In this document: one piece after another, positions 1 to 8,768 of the stretch
Layout of the letters: each line of letters begins with the position of its first letter
How positions within the stretch are numbered: position 1 is the first letter of the stretch
From: Tannerellaceae bacterium
Lineage (GTDB): Bacteria > Bacteroidota > Bacteroidia > Bacteroidales > Tannerellaceae
NCBI GenBank assembly: GCA_031288515.1
Contig: JAITRG010000066.1
Span: 184 to 64,183 of the forward strand
DNA: 64,000 nucleotides
Direction of reading: 5' to 3'
Translations under genes and position numbers: made by a program
Notes under the pieces: generated by a model
The model's database searches: none
Seen by the model: the letters and a program-made list of their open reading frames with translations, nothing else
What the model was told of the DNA's origin: nothing

Positions 1-936
1 TACACATATGAAAACAAAGCCTTTACCACCACGTTGCATACAGGCGGTGAGTATACCGGAGCGTTTACCGCAGAGGTGGTTTGGGCTGATGCTTTGGTTA
101 TCAGCGGTACGCCCACGGTTACGGGTTCCGGCAATACTGCTGAGGTGACAGTGAAAACCAATGCTTCTGTTTCCGGTAATGCTGTGGTGAAGATCTGCCG
201 ATCGGATAATGGGGAAACAGTCTGGTCTTATCACATCTGGGTGACGGATTATACGGGAGCCGAAACTTATACCAATACGTACACGTTTAGCTCCAAACAG
301 TATGAATTTATCTTTATGGATCGCAACCTGGGCGCCACCTTTGCCGGCACTGGCACTGGCCTCGGCACGGGTTTGTTCTACCAGTGGGGCAGAAAGGATC
401 CTTTCCCTGCTACTTTGGAACCAGATGACACCCAGCTGGGTGGTGGTTCTTTCACAGCCGTCAAAACATCTGATGTAAACGGTACGGTTGCCAATGCCAT
501 CAAGAATCCGGGGGTATTTTATTTTGGAAACTCAGGCACCGGCGATTGGCTTTATGTTTCCAATAATACCTTGTGGGGTTATGCATCCGATGGTGGCACA
601 AAGACGATTTACGATCCTTGTCCTTCAGGTTGGCGCGTTCCTGTCAATCCGGATCGAGATGAATATAGAAGCCCTTGGAAGGGATTCACATCGTCCAACG
701 GTGGAACATGGAACAATGGTTACAGTTGGGGTACTAACGCCGCGTACCCCGCCGCCGGGTTCCGTAGTAACTACTCCGGAAGTATCCTCGACGCAGGCAC
801 CGCCGGATGCTACTGGAGTGCATCGCCGAACGGTAACATCTACGCCTTAGATCTGTACTTCATCAGTGGAGGCGTCTACAAAAGTAGCTACGCCGCCCGG
901 ATCGGTGGGCGTTTGGTGCGTTGTGTTCAAGAATAG
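1..936 (+). CDS. 5'-truncated fimbrial-tip/FISUMP-like surface protein with C-type-lectin-like C-terminus; probable DGR target
   Basis: Frame is open from base 1. Motifs MDRNLGA, GLFYQWGRKDPF, YDPCPSGWRVP, YPAAGFR, CYWSAS and terminal VRCVQE are typical of Bacteroidetes fimbrial-tip/major-paralogous-domain proteins. Confidence 0.75.
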   Translation, partial: YTYENKAFTTTLHTGGEYTGAFTAEVVWADALVISGTPTVTGSGNTAEVTVKTNASVSGNAVVKICRSDNGETVWSYHIWVTDYTGAETYTNTYTFSSKQYEFIFMDRNLGATFAGTGTGLGTGLFYQWGRKDPFPATLEPDDTQLGGGSFTAVKTSDVNGTVANAIKNPGVFYFGNSGTGDWLYVSNNTLWGYASDGGTKTIYDPCPSGWRVPVNPDRDEYRSPWKGFTSSNGGTWNNGYSWGTNAAYPAAGFRSNYSGSILDAGTAGCYWSASPNGNIYALDLYFISGGVYKSSYAARIGGRLVRCVQE

Positions 937-986
937 CCTATAGCCTTACAGCCTCACCCCGTGCCTTTGTTTTTAGCATTAGCATT

Positions 987-1021
987 ATGGGCAGTTCATG
1001 ATGTGAATCACAACTGCCCAT
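987..1021 (+). other. Stem-loop 50 bp downstream of the putative DGR variable region
   Basis: ATGGGCAGTT (987-996) pairs with AACTGCCCAT (1012-1021), with an inner TGAT/ATCA pair. Confidence 0.55.
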
Positions 1022-1065
1022 TATATAAATAAGTAGATTTTGCACCAACAGCCTCACCCCAAAGG

Positions 1066-1268
1066 GGAAGGTCTTCAAAAGCCCACCAAATGATCCCCTA
1101 TAAATAGGGAAGGTCTTCAAAAGTCCACCAAATGATCCCCTATAAATAGGGAAGGTCTTCAAAACTCCACCAAATGGTTGTCTATAAATAGGAAAGGTCT
1201 TCAAAACTCCACCAAATGGTTGCCTATAAATAGGGAAGGTCTTCAAAACTACACTAAATGGTTTCACC
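1066..1268. repeat. 42-bp tandem repeat, about 4.8 copies
   Basis: GGAAGGTCTTCAAAA recurs at 1066, 1108, 1150, 1192 (one mismatch) and 1234; the rest of the unit drifts gradually (CCACCAAATG..CTATAAATAG). Confidence 0.95.
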
Positions 1269-1334
1269 TAAAATAAAAATCATTTGGTGACTCCACTAAG
1301 CACTTTCCCCAGCGTGGATAATTATTTAAAAGCA

Positions 1335-1368
1335 AAAAGCAGTTTCCCCGTGTGGGGAAACTGCTTTT
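1335..1368. terminator. Bidirectional intrinsic terminator downstream of uxaC
   Basis: AAAAGCAGTTTCCCC-GTGT-GGGGAAACTGCTTTT, a perfect hairpin with A/T tails. Confidence 0.8.
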
Positions 1369-1429
1369 GAGCGCTCGAAAGATGGTCAATGGTAAACGAA
1401 AAACGGTCAATTATCAATTGCCATCATCA

Positions 1430-2836
1430 TCAGAATTTAAAGAATGTTTTAGCGTTATTGTACGAGATGTCTTCGATCATCCGGTTTACCCGTTCCATTT
1501 CGGATACGGGAATCTCGCCGTTTTCCACATCACGCCCGACAAGATTGCACAACGTACGGCGGAAATATTCGTGGCGGGGGTAGGATACGAAAGAACGCGA
1601 ATCGGTCAGCATCCCCACAAAGCGGCTTAGCAAACCCAATACGGAAAGGGCGTTTATCTGCTTTTCCATGCCGTCTTTTTGATCCAGAAACCACCATCCG
1701 GAACCGAACTGTATCTTTCCGGGAACCGTGCCGTCCTGGAAGTTTCCCAGCATGGTGGCAATCACTTCATTGGCGCATGGATTAAGGTTATACAAAATGG
1801 TTTTGGTCAATTTGCCGTTCGAGTTCAACCGATCCAGGAGCTTGGACATCGCTTTGGCTGTTGTAAACTCACCGATCGAATCAAATCCGGTGTCAGGGCC
1901 TAACAGCTTAAACATCTTGCTGTTGTTGTTGCGGATAGCGCCGTAGTGGAACTGCTGCGTCCATCCCTTTTCCCAATCCATCTCTCCGAAAACAACCAGC
2001 ATTGCCGACTTGAACTTCAGGATTTCTTCTTGGGTCAATGCCGTCCCGCCATATACCTTATTAAATATGGCTTTGATTTCAGCAGCAGTATAGTCTTCGG
2101 CATAAAATTCTTCAATGCCGTGGTCTGACAGTTTACAGCCTTGTTCGGCGAAAAAGTCGTGGCGTTTACCAAGCGCGATGATCATATCATCACAGGTGGA
2201 GATCGTTACGCCGCTCACTTCAGCCAGCTTTTCCATATAAGCGCGAAAGTCGGCAGGGACTTCCACCGCCATTGCCTTATCGGGTCGCCATGTCGGCAGC
2301 ATTTTTATTTCAAAGCCGCTCCGGCGTGTTTTGATGTGGTGCTCCAACGAATCAACGGGGTCGTCCGTGGTGCAAACAACTTCCACGTTGTAGCGCCGCA
2401 TCATTCCACGGGCGGAATATTCGGGCAAAGCCAGCTTTTCGTTACATTCGTCGTAGATCTCGCGGGCTGTCCCGGGGTTGAGGATCCTGTTGATGCCGAA
2501 GGCTGTCTTCAGCTCAAGGTGCGTCCAGTGATACAGCGGATTACGCATCGTATAGGGCACCGTTTCCGCCCATTTCTCGAATTTCTCCCAATCCGACGTG
2601 TCTTTTCCCGTACAATAGTGCTCATCAATGCCGTTCGTACGCATGGCCCGCCATTTGTAATGGTCGCCGCCCAACCAGATCTCTGTCAATGACTTAAACT
2701 TGTGGTCATCGGCAACGAATTGCGGGATAAGATGACAGTGATAGTCAATGATCGGCATTTTGGCAGCATGTTCGTGATACAGCTCCTGTGCGGTTTCTGT
2801 TTGCAACAGGAAATTTTCATCCATAAAGTTTTTCAT
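1430..2836 (-). CDS. uxaC: Glucuronate isomerase
   Basis: MKNFMDENFLL, PIIDYHCHL, GGDHYKWRAMR, QFGSGWWFLDQ, TDSRSF..YPRHEYFRR. Confidence 0.97.
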   Translation of the reverse strand: MKNFMDENFLLQTETAQELYHEHAAKMPIIDYHCHLIPQFVADDHKFKSLTEIWLGGDHYKWRAMRTNGIDEHYCTGKDTSDWEKFEKWAETVPYTMRNPLYHWTHLELKTAFGINRILNPGTAREIYDECNEKLALPEYSARGMMRRYNVEVVCTTDDPVDSLEHHIKTRRSGFEIKMLPTWRPDKAMAVEVPADFRAYMEKLAEVSGVTISTCDDMIIALGKRHDFFAEQGCKLSDHGIEEFYAEDYTAAEIKAIFNKVYGGTALTQEEILKFKSAMLVVFGEMDWEKGWTQQFHYGAIRNNNSKMFKLLGPDTGFDSIGEFTTAKAMSKLLDRLNSNGKLTKTILYNLNPCANEVIATMLGNFQDGTVPGKIQFGSGWWFLDQKDGMEKQINALSVLGLLSRFVGMLTDSRSFVSYPRHEYFRRTLCNLVGRDVENGEIPVSEMERVNRMIEDISYNNAKTFFKF

Positions 2837-2947
2837 TCCAATAGTGTTTTAGATATATATATTATTGCTGAAGAGGTAGCGCATCTCTTCGGTATTAACG
2901 ATGTAATGCGCCTTTTCGATTTCATTATTACCGGCTTCCACCGAACA

Positions 2948-2978
2948 CAAAAGTAAATATTTTACTTGTCCCCACAAA
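2948..2978 (-). promoter_or_regulatory. Bacteroidetes sigma-A promoter for uxaC
   Basis: Minus strand reads TTTG (2978-2975), 19 nt, TACTTTTG (2955-2948), matching the -33/-7 consensus TTTG-N19-21-TAnnTTTG. Confidence 0.6.
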
Positions 2979-3020
2979 ATAATCAGTATCTTTACGCCTA
3001 TAATTTATAATCATTAGAAT

Positions 3021-4463
3021 ATGAAAGACTTAAACAGAAAAACAGCCCGGGTAAAAGCATACCCCGAACGTGTTATCCAATTTGGCGAAGGTAATTTTTT
3101 GCGTGCCTTTGTAGATTGGATCATCTACAACATGAACGAGAAAGCAAACTTCAACAGTAGCGTTGTGGTGGTGCAGCCTATTGAAAAAGGTATGGTGGAT
3201 ATGTTGAACACACAGGATAACCTGTATCATGTGAACCTTCAGGGGTTGGATAAGGGTAAAGTGGTAAACGATTTAACGCTGATTGATGTGATCAGCCGCT
3301 CGTTGAACCCGTATTCGCAAAACGAAGAATTTTTGAAGCTGGCCGACCAACCGGAAATGCGCTTTGTGATTTCAAATACTACCGAAGCCGGCATTACATT
3401 CGATCCGTCGTGCAAACTGGAAGATGCGCCGGCTTCGTCATATCCCGGCAAATTGACACAGTTGCTGTACCGCCGCTTTAAAACATTCAAGGGCGACAGG
3501 AGGATGGGACTTATTATCTTTCCGTGCGAACTGATCTTCCTCAATGGACATAAATTGAAGGAAACGATCTATCAATACATTGAACTTTGGGGTTTGGGCG
3601 ACGAATTTAAAGCCTGGTTTGAAGAAGCCTGTGCCGTGTATGCAACGCTGGTAGACCGCATCGTTCCCGGATTTCCGCGTAAAGACATTGATGCGATCAA
3701 AGAAAAACTCCAATACAACGACAACCTCGTTGTCCAGGCGGAGATCTTCCACCTTTGGGTGATTGAGGCCCCGCAGGAAGTCGCAAACGAATTTCCCGCA
3801 GACAAGGCCGGATTGAACGTATTGTTTGTTCCTTCCGAAGCTCCATACCACGAGCGGAAAGTGTGCTTGTTGAATGGCCCGCACACCGTGCTTTCGCCGG
3901 TAGCTTATCTTTCGGGGATCGATATTGTACGCGATGCTTGCCAACACCCTGTCGTTGGCAAATACATCCGCAAGGTAATGTATGATGAATTGATGGAGAC
4001 CTTGAACCTGCCCAAAGATGAATTGACCCGGTTTGCCGACGACGTATTGGAGCGTTTCAACAATCCGTTCGTCGATCACGCCGTTACCAGCATTATGCTG
4101 AATTCATTTCCCAAGTTCGAGACCCGCGACCTTCCCGGATTAAAAACATATCTGGAACGTAAAGGCGAACTGCCGAAAGGCCTCGTATTGGGCTTGGCTG
4201 CCATAATCACTTACTATAAAGGAGGAGTACGTGCAGACGGAGCAGAGATCGTTCCAAACGATGCGCCCGAAATTGTAAATCTGTTGAAAAGTCTGTGGGC
4301 AACCGGCGATACGGAAAAGGTCGCCAAAGGTGTTCTTGCCGCAACATCCATTTGGGGTGAAGATTTGAATAAGATCCCGGGATTGACCGCTGCCGTTAAA
4401 GCAGACTTGGATTCGATACAGGAAAAAGGAATGTTGGAAACGGTAAGCAAACTTATTGAGTAA
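3021..4463 (+). CDS. uxaB: Tagaturonate reductase (altronate oxidoreductase)
   Basis: VIQFGEGNFLRAFVDW, ISNTTEAGI, TLVDRIVPGFP, ERKV.LLNGPHT, VLERFNNPF; divergent from uxaC. Confidence 0.95.
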   Translation: MKDLNRKTARVKAYPERVIQFGEGNFLRAFVDWIIYNMNEKANFNSSVVVVQPIEKGMVDMLNTQDNLYHVNLQGLDKGKVVNDLTLIDVISRSLNPYSQNEEFLKLADQPEMRFVISNTTEAGITFDPSCKLEDAPASSYPGKLTQLLYRRFKTFKGDRRMGLIIFPCELIFLNGHKLKETIYQYIELWGLGDEFKAWFEEACAVYATLVDRIVPGFPRKDIDAIKEKLQYNDNLVVQAEIFHLWVIEAPQEVANEFPADKAGLNVLFVPSEAPYHERKVCLLNGPHTVLSPVAYLSGIDIVRDACQHPVVGKYIRKVMYDELMETLNLPKDELTRFADDVLERFNNPFVDHAVTSIMLNSFPKFETRDLPGLKTYLERKGELPKGLVLGLAAIITYYKGGVRADGAEIVPNDAPEIVNLLKSLWATGDTEKVAKGVLAATSIWGEDLNKIPGLTAAVKADLDSIQEKGMLETVSKLIE

Positions 4464-4977
4464 CGGTATGAAGAATCAGGGTGGTAGCGCCGATCGTGAT
4501 CACAGCTCCGTCTTCAATGTTTATCCGGTCTTTATCTCTCAATAATTCATTGTTTAGAAATGTACCGGTCAAGCTGGGAGCGTCACGAAGAGTGTGTATT
4601 ATCTTTCCTTGCTTATTCTTCCTTACATTGACAATGCAGTGGCGACGATCCATACTCATATCACCGGTCTCGATAGGGGTATGGATCACTGTTCCGACGC
4701 AGCGGCGACCGATCACATTATCTCCCTCCCGCAGCGGCAACATTTGCCTGTATCCAAAAACATTCTCAACGACAGTCATATACCCAAATTCTAACCGGAG
4801 ATCTTCATCTTCCGGTTTTTCTTCTTTGCGGGGGATCTTCATCTTCGCTTCACCTAAACAGATACTAAACTGTTTGCTGCAATGTTCACATACAAAAACG
4901 AGGGATTGCCCCTCGTTATATTTTGTTTCATCAAATGACAGGTAATTCTCACATTTGGGACAAAGGATTCGCCTCAT
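4453..4977 (-). CDS. Zinc-ribbon plus FHA-domain protein
   Basis: N-terminal CPKC..CEHC; FHA motifs NVIGRR, MDRRHC, SLTGTFLN, ITIGATTL. Confidence 0.85.
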   Translation of the reverse strand: MRRILCPKCENYLSFDETKYNEGQSLVFVCEHCSKQFSICLGEAKMKIPRKEEKPEDEDLRLEFGYMTVVENVFGYRQMLPLREGDNVIGRRCVGTVIHTPIETGDMSMDRRHCIVNVRKNKQGKIIHTLRDAPSLTGTFLNNELLRDKDRINIEDGAVITIGATTLILHTVTQ

Positions 4978-4981
4978 AATG

Positions 4982-5995
4982 TTACGGGATTAACAGCCAA
5001 GCGTTTTTATACAGGTCGTTTCTTCGTAACTCAACCAGTCTTTTGTTGGCTTCTTCTCTTGTTGAATACGTTCCTATACTGACACGGAATCTTTCTTCAC
5101 CGGCAAGTACGCGCGCATCGCGATAACCCTTTGTTTTAAGATCGACCGCTATGGCTTCTGCGTCGTCATTAAACACCACGCTGGCAATAATGATATGATA
5201 AGATCCTGAAACGGGTTGCGGTTCGGGCGCTGTTTCAACTTTCGGTTCGGTTGCCGTTTCAGGTTGCGGTTCGATTGCCGTTTCAGGTTGTGATGTCACA
5301 AGATTGGCGGCTTCACTTGTTCCAATAGGCGTTGTCAGCAGAGATTGCTGCTTTATCTTGCTAAAAAGATCAGCCGGAAGAAGTTGCGCATAATTCTCTT
5401 TTTCGACATATGTATTCTTTATAGGAGTGGACAGATAAAAGAATAACGCGATCGCTGCCGCCGTTGCCGCAACATTGCGCACAAACGCACGGCTGATCCG
5501 GATCTCATACGTCTTTTTACGGGAAACGACCGGCGTCCGGGGATTCAACGTTTCGATAGCGGGTCGCTGCAAGACATTGAGGTCTTTTATTTCAAAAGAA
5601 TCTAATCCATACAGGGATGGAGAAATGATCTTGTCATCATAAGGAGAGAATACATAAGTTCCATGAACAGACAGAGCGATCTCGCCGATGTTCATCATTT
5701 CTACCTTTCCTTCCTTATGTAATACTTCGATCAGTTTATTGACTGCTTGCTCCAGGATCTTTGTCGCATCCGGGAAACCGGTATGATAGGCTTCCATATA
5801 GGATTGAACTAAAATACCATCGTTCATTTTTAATTGCGGATTAAACCCTATGATACGGGCCGGAGGAGAAAAAATCTTTTCTTCAGCATCCCACGACGCC
5901 GACGTAGAATATGTGATAAAGCCCCCGAATCCGGGTACTGCAACACAGTCATTTTCCAACAACAATATCTCAATATGTCGTATTAACTCAGTCAT
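4982..5995 (-). CDS. HU-like N-terminal domain / SPOR-domain membrane protein
   Basis: N-terminal HIEILLLENDCV.VPGFGGF, one central hydrophobic helix, C-terminal SPOR (YHIIIAS..RFRVSIGTY..NAWLL). Confidence 0.85.
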   Translation of the reverse strand: MTELIRHIEILLLENDCVAVPGFGGFITYSTSASWDAEEKIFSPPARIIGFNPQLKMNDGILVQSYMEAYHTGFPDATKILEQAVNKLIEVLHKEGKVEMMNIGEIALSVHGTYVFSPYDDKIISPSLYGLDSFEIKDLNVLQRPAIETLNPRTPVVSRKKTYEIRISRAFVRNVAATAAAIALFFYLSTPIKNTYVEKENYAQLLPADLFSKIKQQSLLTTPIGTSEAANLVTSQPETAIEPQPETATEPKVETAPEPQPVSGSYHIIIASVVFNDDAEAIAVDLKTKGYRDARVLAGEERFRVSIGTYSTREEANKRLVELRRNDLYKNAWLLIP

Positions 5996-6103
5996 ATGTG
6001 CAAAGTTAAAAGATAAATCGAACTTATGAAAGAAAAGCTATTTTTATTATAAACAAACGTCCGCCTCTATTCCGCCCTCTAAAAAAGGAAAGGCCCCGAA
6101 AGT
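5716..6103. repeat. Direct repeat copy 1 (SPOR 5' end, promoter, left arm of the tRNA-Cys terminator)
   Basis: 5716-6031 matches 24791-25105 (10 substitutions, 1 indel); 6025-6061 matches 26627-26663; 6068-6103 aligns without gaps to 39947-39982. Confidence 0.9.
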
Positions 6104-6131
6104 TTGCGTCCAACTTTTAGGGGGCAGTTCA
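6102..6131. mobile_element. Isolated IS3-family (IS150-like) terminal inverted repeat
   Basis: Reverse complement reads TGAACTGCCCCCTAAAAGTTGGAC, resembling IS150-group ends; no adjacent transposase. Confidence 0.6.
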
Positions 6132-6143
6132 CATGAAATAAGG

Positions 6144-6995
6144 CTATAAATGCTGCGTATATAATGCTGTTTTTCTATATGTTTTAGGAGACACTCCAAC
6201 CATTTTATTAAACAATTTATTGAAATGAGTCATATTATTGAAGGATAGTTCATATGCGATTTCCTTGACGGTCTTCCGGTTAAGGGCCAGCATTAGTTGT
6301 GCCTTTTCTATTTTCCTTTTATTGATGTAGAACAGAGGGGTAATTGCCATTTCTTTTTTGAAGATCCGGGTAAAGTGATCGCTATTCAGATTACAGTACC
6401 GGGCCACTTCATTTATTGTAATATCCTCATAAATATGCTCATGGATATATTGTAAGGCCTTGATAATCCGGATTTCCGAAATATTGTTTTTCGGTTGGGC
6501 CTTATATAGGAATCTTGATAATAATTGAGACAGAATACCCTTTGTTTCCATACTGGCAACTAAATTAGGGCTGCCATCAGATAATCTCTTTGCCAATAAT
6601 TGTGTATTGTCATACGAACGTGGGTCCGACCGTTTTAGTTCCATATTCGGATTGATAGCCAGCAACCTATTGACAAGCAGAGAATCCAATTCGCAAGCTT
6701 CTATTTCAAAAGGAAAAGAGTGTAAGTCAAAAAAATCATACTCGTTGTAAATATGAAAATAATAATGGGTAAAAGTACTATCCGATTCATATCCGTGTGT
6801 AATGAAAGAAGGTATTAAATACAAGTATCCGGGTTGGATGATATGAATGCCATCGGGCATAATTACTTTCGCCACACCGTTTTTTACCACATACAACCGG
6901 GCAAAAGGACTATTTACATTTTTCCAGTTCCAATCGGCATGATGTATTTTGCAGGCGGCATTTAATAATGTGAAATTAAAAGTATCAGGATTCAT
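6144..6995 (-). CDS. AraC-family transcriptional regulator of the PUL
   Basis: Cupin-like N-terminus (WNWKNVNSPFARLY) and double HTH (DHFTRIFKK..IAYELSFNNMTHFNKLFNKMVGVSPKTYR); divergent from the PUL. Confidence 0.93.
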   Translation of the reverse strand: MNPDTFNFTLLNAACKIHHADWNWKNVNSPFARLYVVKNGVAKVIMPDGIHIIQPGYLYLIPSFITHGYESDSTFTHYYFHIYNEYDFFDLHSFPFEIEACELDSLLVNRLLAINPNMELKRSDPRSYDNTQLLAKRLSDGSPNLVASMETKGILSQLLSRFLYKAQPKNNISEIRIIKALQYIHEHIYEDITINEVARYCNLNSDHFTRIFKKEMAITPLFYINKRKIEKAQLMLALNRKTVKEIAYELSFNNMTHFNKLFNKMVGVSPKTYRKTALYTQHL

Positions 6996-7320
6996 AGTTA
7001 GACTGTATTGTAAAAATTTATACTTTCAGTACAGCTCAATCACTTATTATTTGATACTTGCATCAATATTAAACTATTTAGTGACTGACGCTTATCATAC
7101 ATCAAATGTATTGTGATTTTATATCAGATATATTGATGAAAGTATGTTATAAAACATGATGTCGGTTTTTGAATAGTTAATATCAGAAATGGTTATTTTT
7201 TGAAAGTATCACATAGCACACCTTTGCAGAAAAGAAATCAGCAACTTGTATATAAATCTTAGATATAGTTATGGGAGAAACATTCATTCCGGTAAATCAG
7301 GGAAACATACATACTTATTT

Positions 7321-8571
7321 ATGAAACACATATCTAAATATTCGTATCTGTATTTGATATTCAGTTTGTTTTTTATCTGGGCTATCAGCAGTAACCTGTT
7401 GCCGACGATGATACGGCAACTAATGAAAACATTTGAGCTTTCAGCTTTCCGGGGTTCGCTCACGGAAGCGTCTTATTGGATGGCTTATTTCCTGTTCCCG
7501 ATACCCATCGCCATGTTTATGAAGCGTTACAGCTACAAGGCGGGTATTATTGTCGGCTTATTGATTGCCGCTTTGGGCGGCTTGTTGTTTTTTCCGGCCG
7601 CCGCCATTCAACAGTATTGGGCATATCTGGCTATCTTTTTTATTATCGCTATCGGAATGTGTTTTCTGGAAACGGCGGCCAATCCATATGTTACCGTACT
7701 GGGCGATCCGGGAACAGCTTCGCAGCGGCTGAATCTGGCACAATCGTTCAACGGCTTGGGCGCGTTTATTGCTGCCATGTTTTTGAGTAAGCTGGTTTTG
7801 AGCAACAACAATTATTCTCGCGAAACGCTTCCCGCGGATTATCCAGGCGGCTGGGAAGGATTTGTTCAAATTGAAATCGGCGCCATGAAACTGCCATACC
7901 TGATCCTGGCAGTCATATTAATACTGATAGCCGTTGTTTTTATTTTTTCTAGTTTGCCTAAAATCAAGGAAGGCGACCGGGAAGAAGGGAATGTACAAGG
8001 AGAGAAACTGATCGATTTCAGTGTTTTTAGACATTCCAATCTGCGTTGGGGCGTTATCGCCCAGTTTTTCTACAATGGCGGGCAAACATCTATCAACGCC
8101 ATGTTCTTAGTTTATTCCTGTAAATATTTGGACATGACCGAAAGTATGGCAACTACTTTTTTCGGCGTTTATATGCTAGCTTTCCTGCTTGGAAGATGGA
8201 TTGGAACCTTATTGATGGTAAGATTCAGACCGCAGAATATGTTGGTGGCTTACGCTATTACTAACATTATTTTATGCGCTGTGATTGTTTGTTTTGGCGG
8301 CATGATCGGTCTATACGCCATGATTGCCGTATCCTTTTTCATGTCGATTATATATCCGACGCAATTTTCGCTGGCGTTGAAAGGATTGGGTGGTAAAACC
8401 AAAAGCGGATCGGCTTTTCTGGTCATGGCAATTGCAGGTAATGTAATATTACCTCCTATAACCGGTCATATTATGGATATTTTCCCTGAAACCTACTATA
8501 TCGCCTATGTTATTCCACTGGTTAGTTTTGCCGTTTGCGGATATTATGGTTGGAAAGGGTATAAATGTTAG
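7321..8571 (+). CDS. FucP-like MFS sugar:H+ symporter (candidate L-galactose/L-fucose permease)
   Basis: FLETAANPYVTVLG, RLNLAQSFNGLG, LRWGVIAQFFYNGGQ, FMSIIYPTQF; ATG at 7321 preferred over TTG at 7246. Confidence 0.9.
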   Translation: MKHISKYSYLYLIFSLFFIWAISSNLLPTMIRQLMKTFELSAFRGSLTEASYWMAYFLFPIPIAMFMKRYSYKAGIIVGLLIAALGGLLFFPAAAIQQYWAYLAIFFIIAIGMCFLETAANPYVTVLGDPGTASQRLNLAQSFNGLGAFIAAMFLSKLVLSNNNYSRETLPADYPGGWEGFVQIEIGAMKLPYLILAVILILIAVVFIFSSLPKIKEGDREEGNVQGEKLIDFSVFRHSNLRWGVIAQFFYNGGQTSINAMFLVYSCKYLDMTESMATTFFGVYMLAFLLGRWIGTLLMVRFRPQNMLVAYAITNIILCAVIVCFGGMIGLYAMIAVSFFMSIIYPTQFSLALKGLGGKTKSGSAFLVMAIAGNVILPPITGHIMDIFPETYYIAYVIPLVSFAVCGYYGWKGYKC

Positions 8572-8768
8572 AAATAACAATAACAGCGGAAAACAGGAAA
8601 ATGCTGGTTGATTGGATAAAATAGTATTAACAATCTTAAATATTATATTATGAAACATACATGACATGAAAAACATAAATGAGCACTAATTGCATGTTTG
8701 TCATGCGACAAACGCTATTTATTTAGTGATAAAATTAGATAATTATTAACTAAAAGATCGTAGTACAT

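Noticed and set aside
938-1267. 109-aa minus-strand ORF
   Set aside because: It is open only because the repeat period is 42 bp; there is no independent evidence that it is a gene.
1066-1268. Possible CRISPR array
   Set aside because: The inter-core segments are near-identical to each other rather than unique spacers, and no cas genes are in the window.
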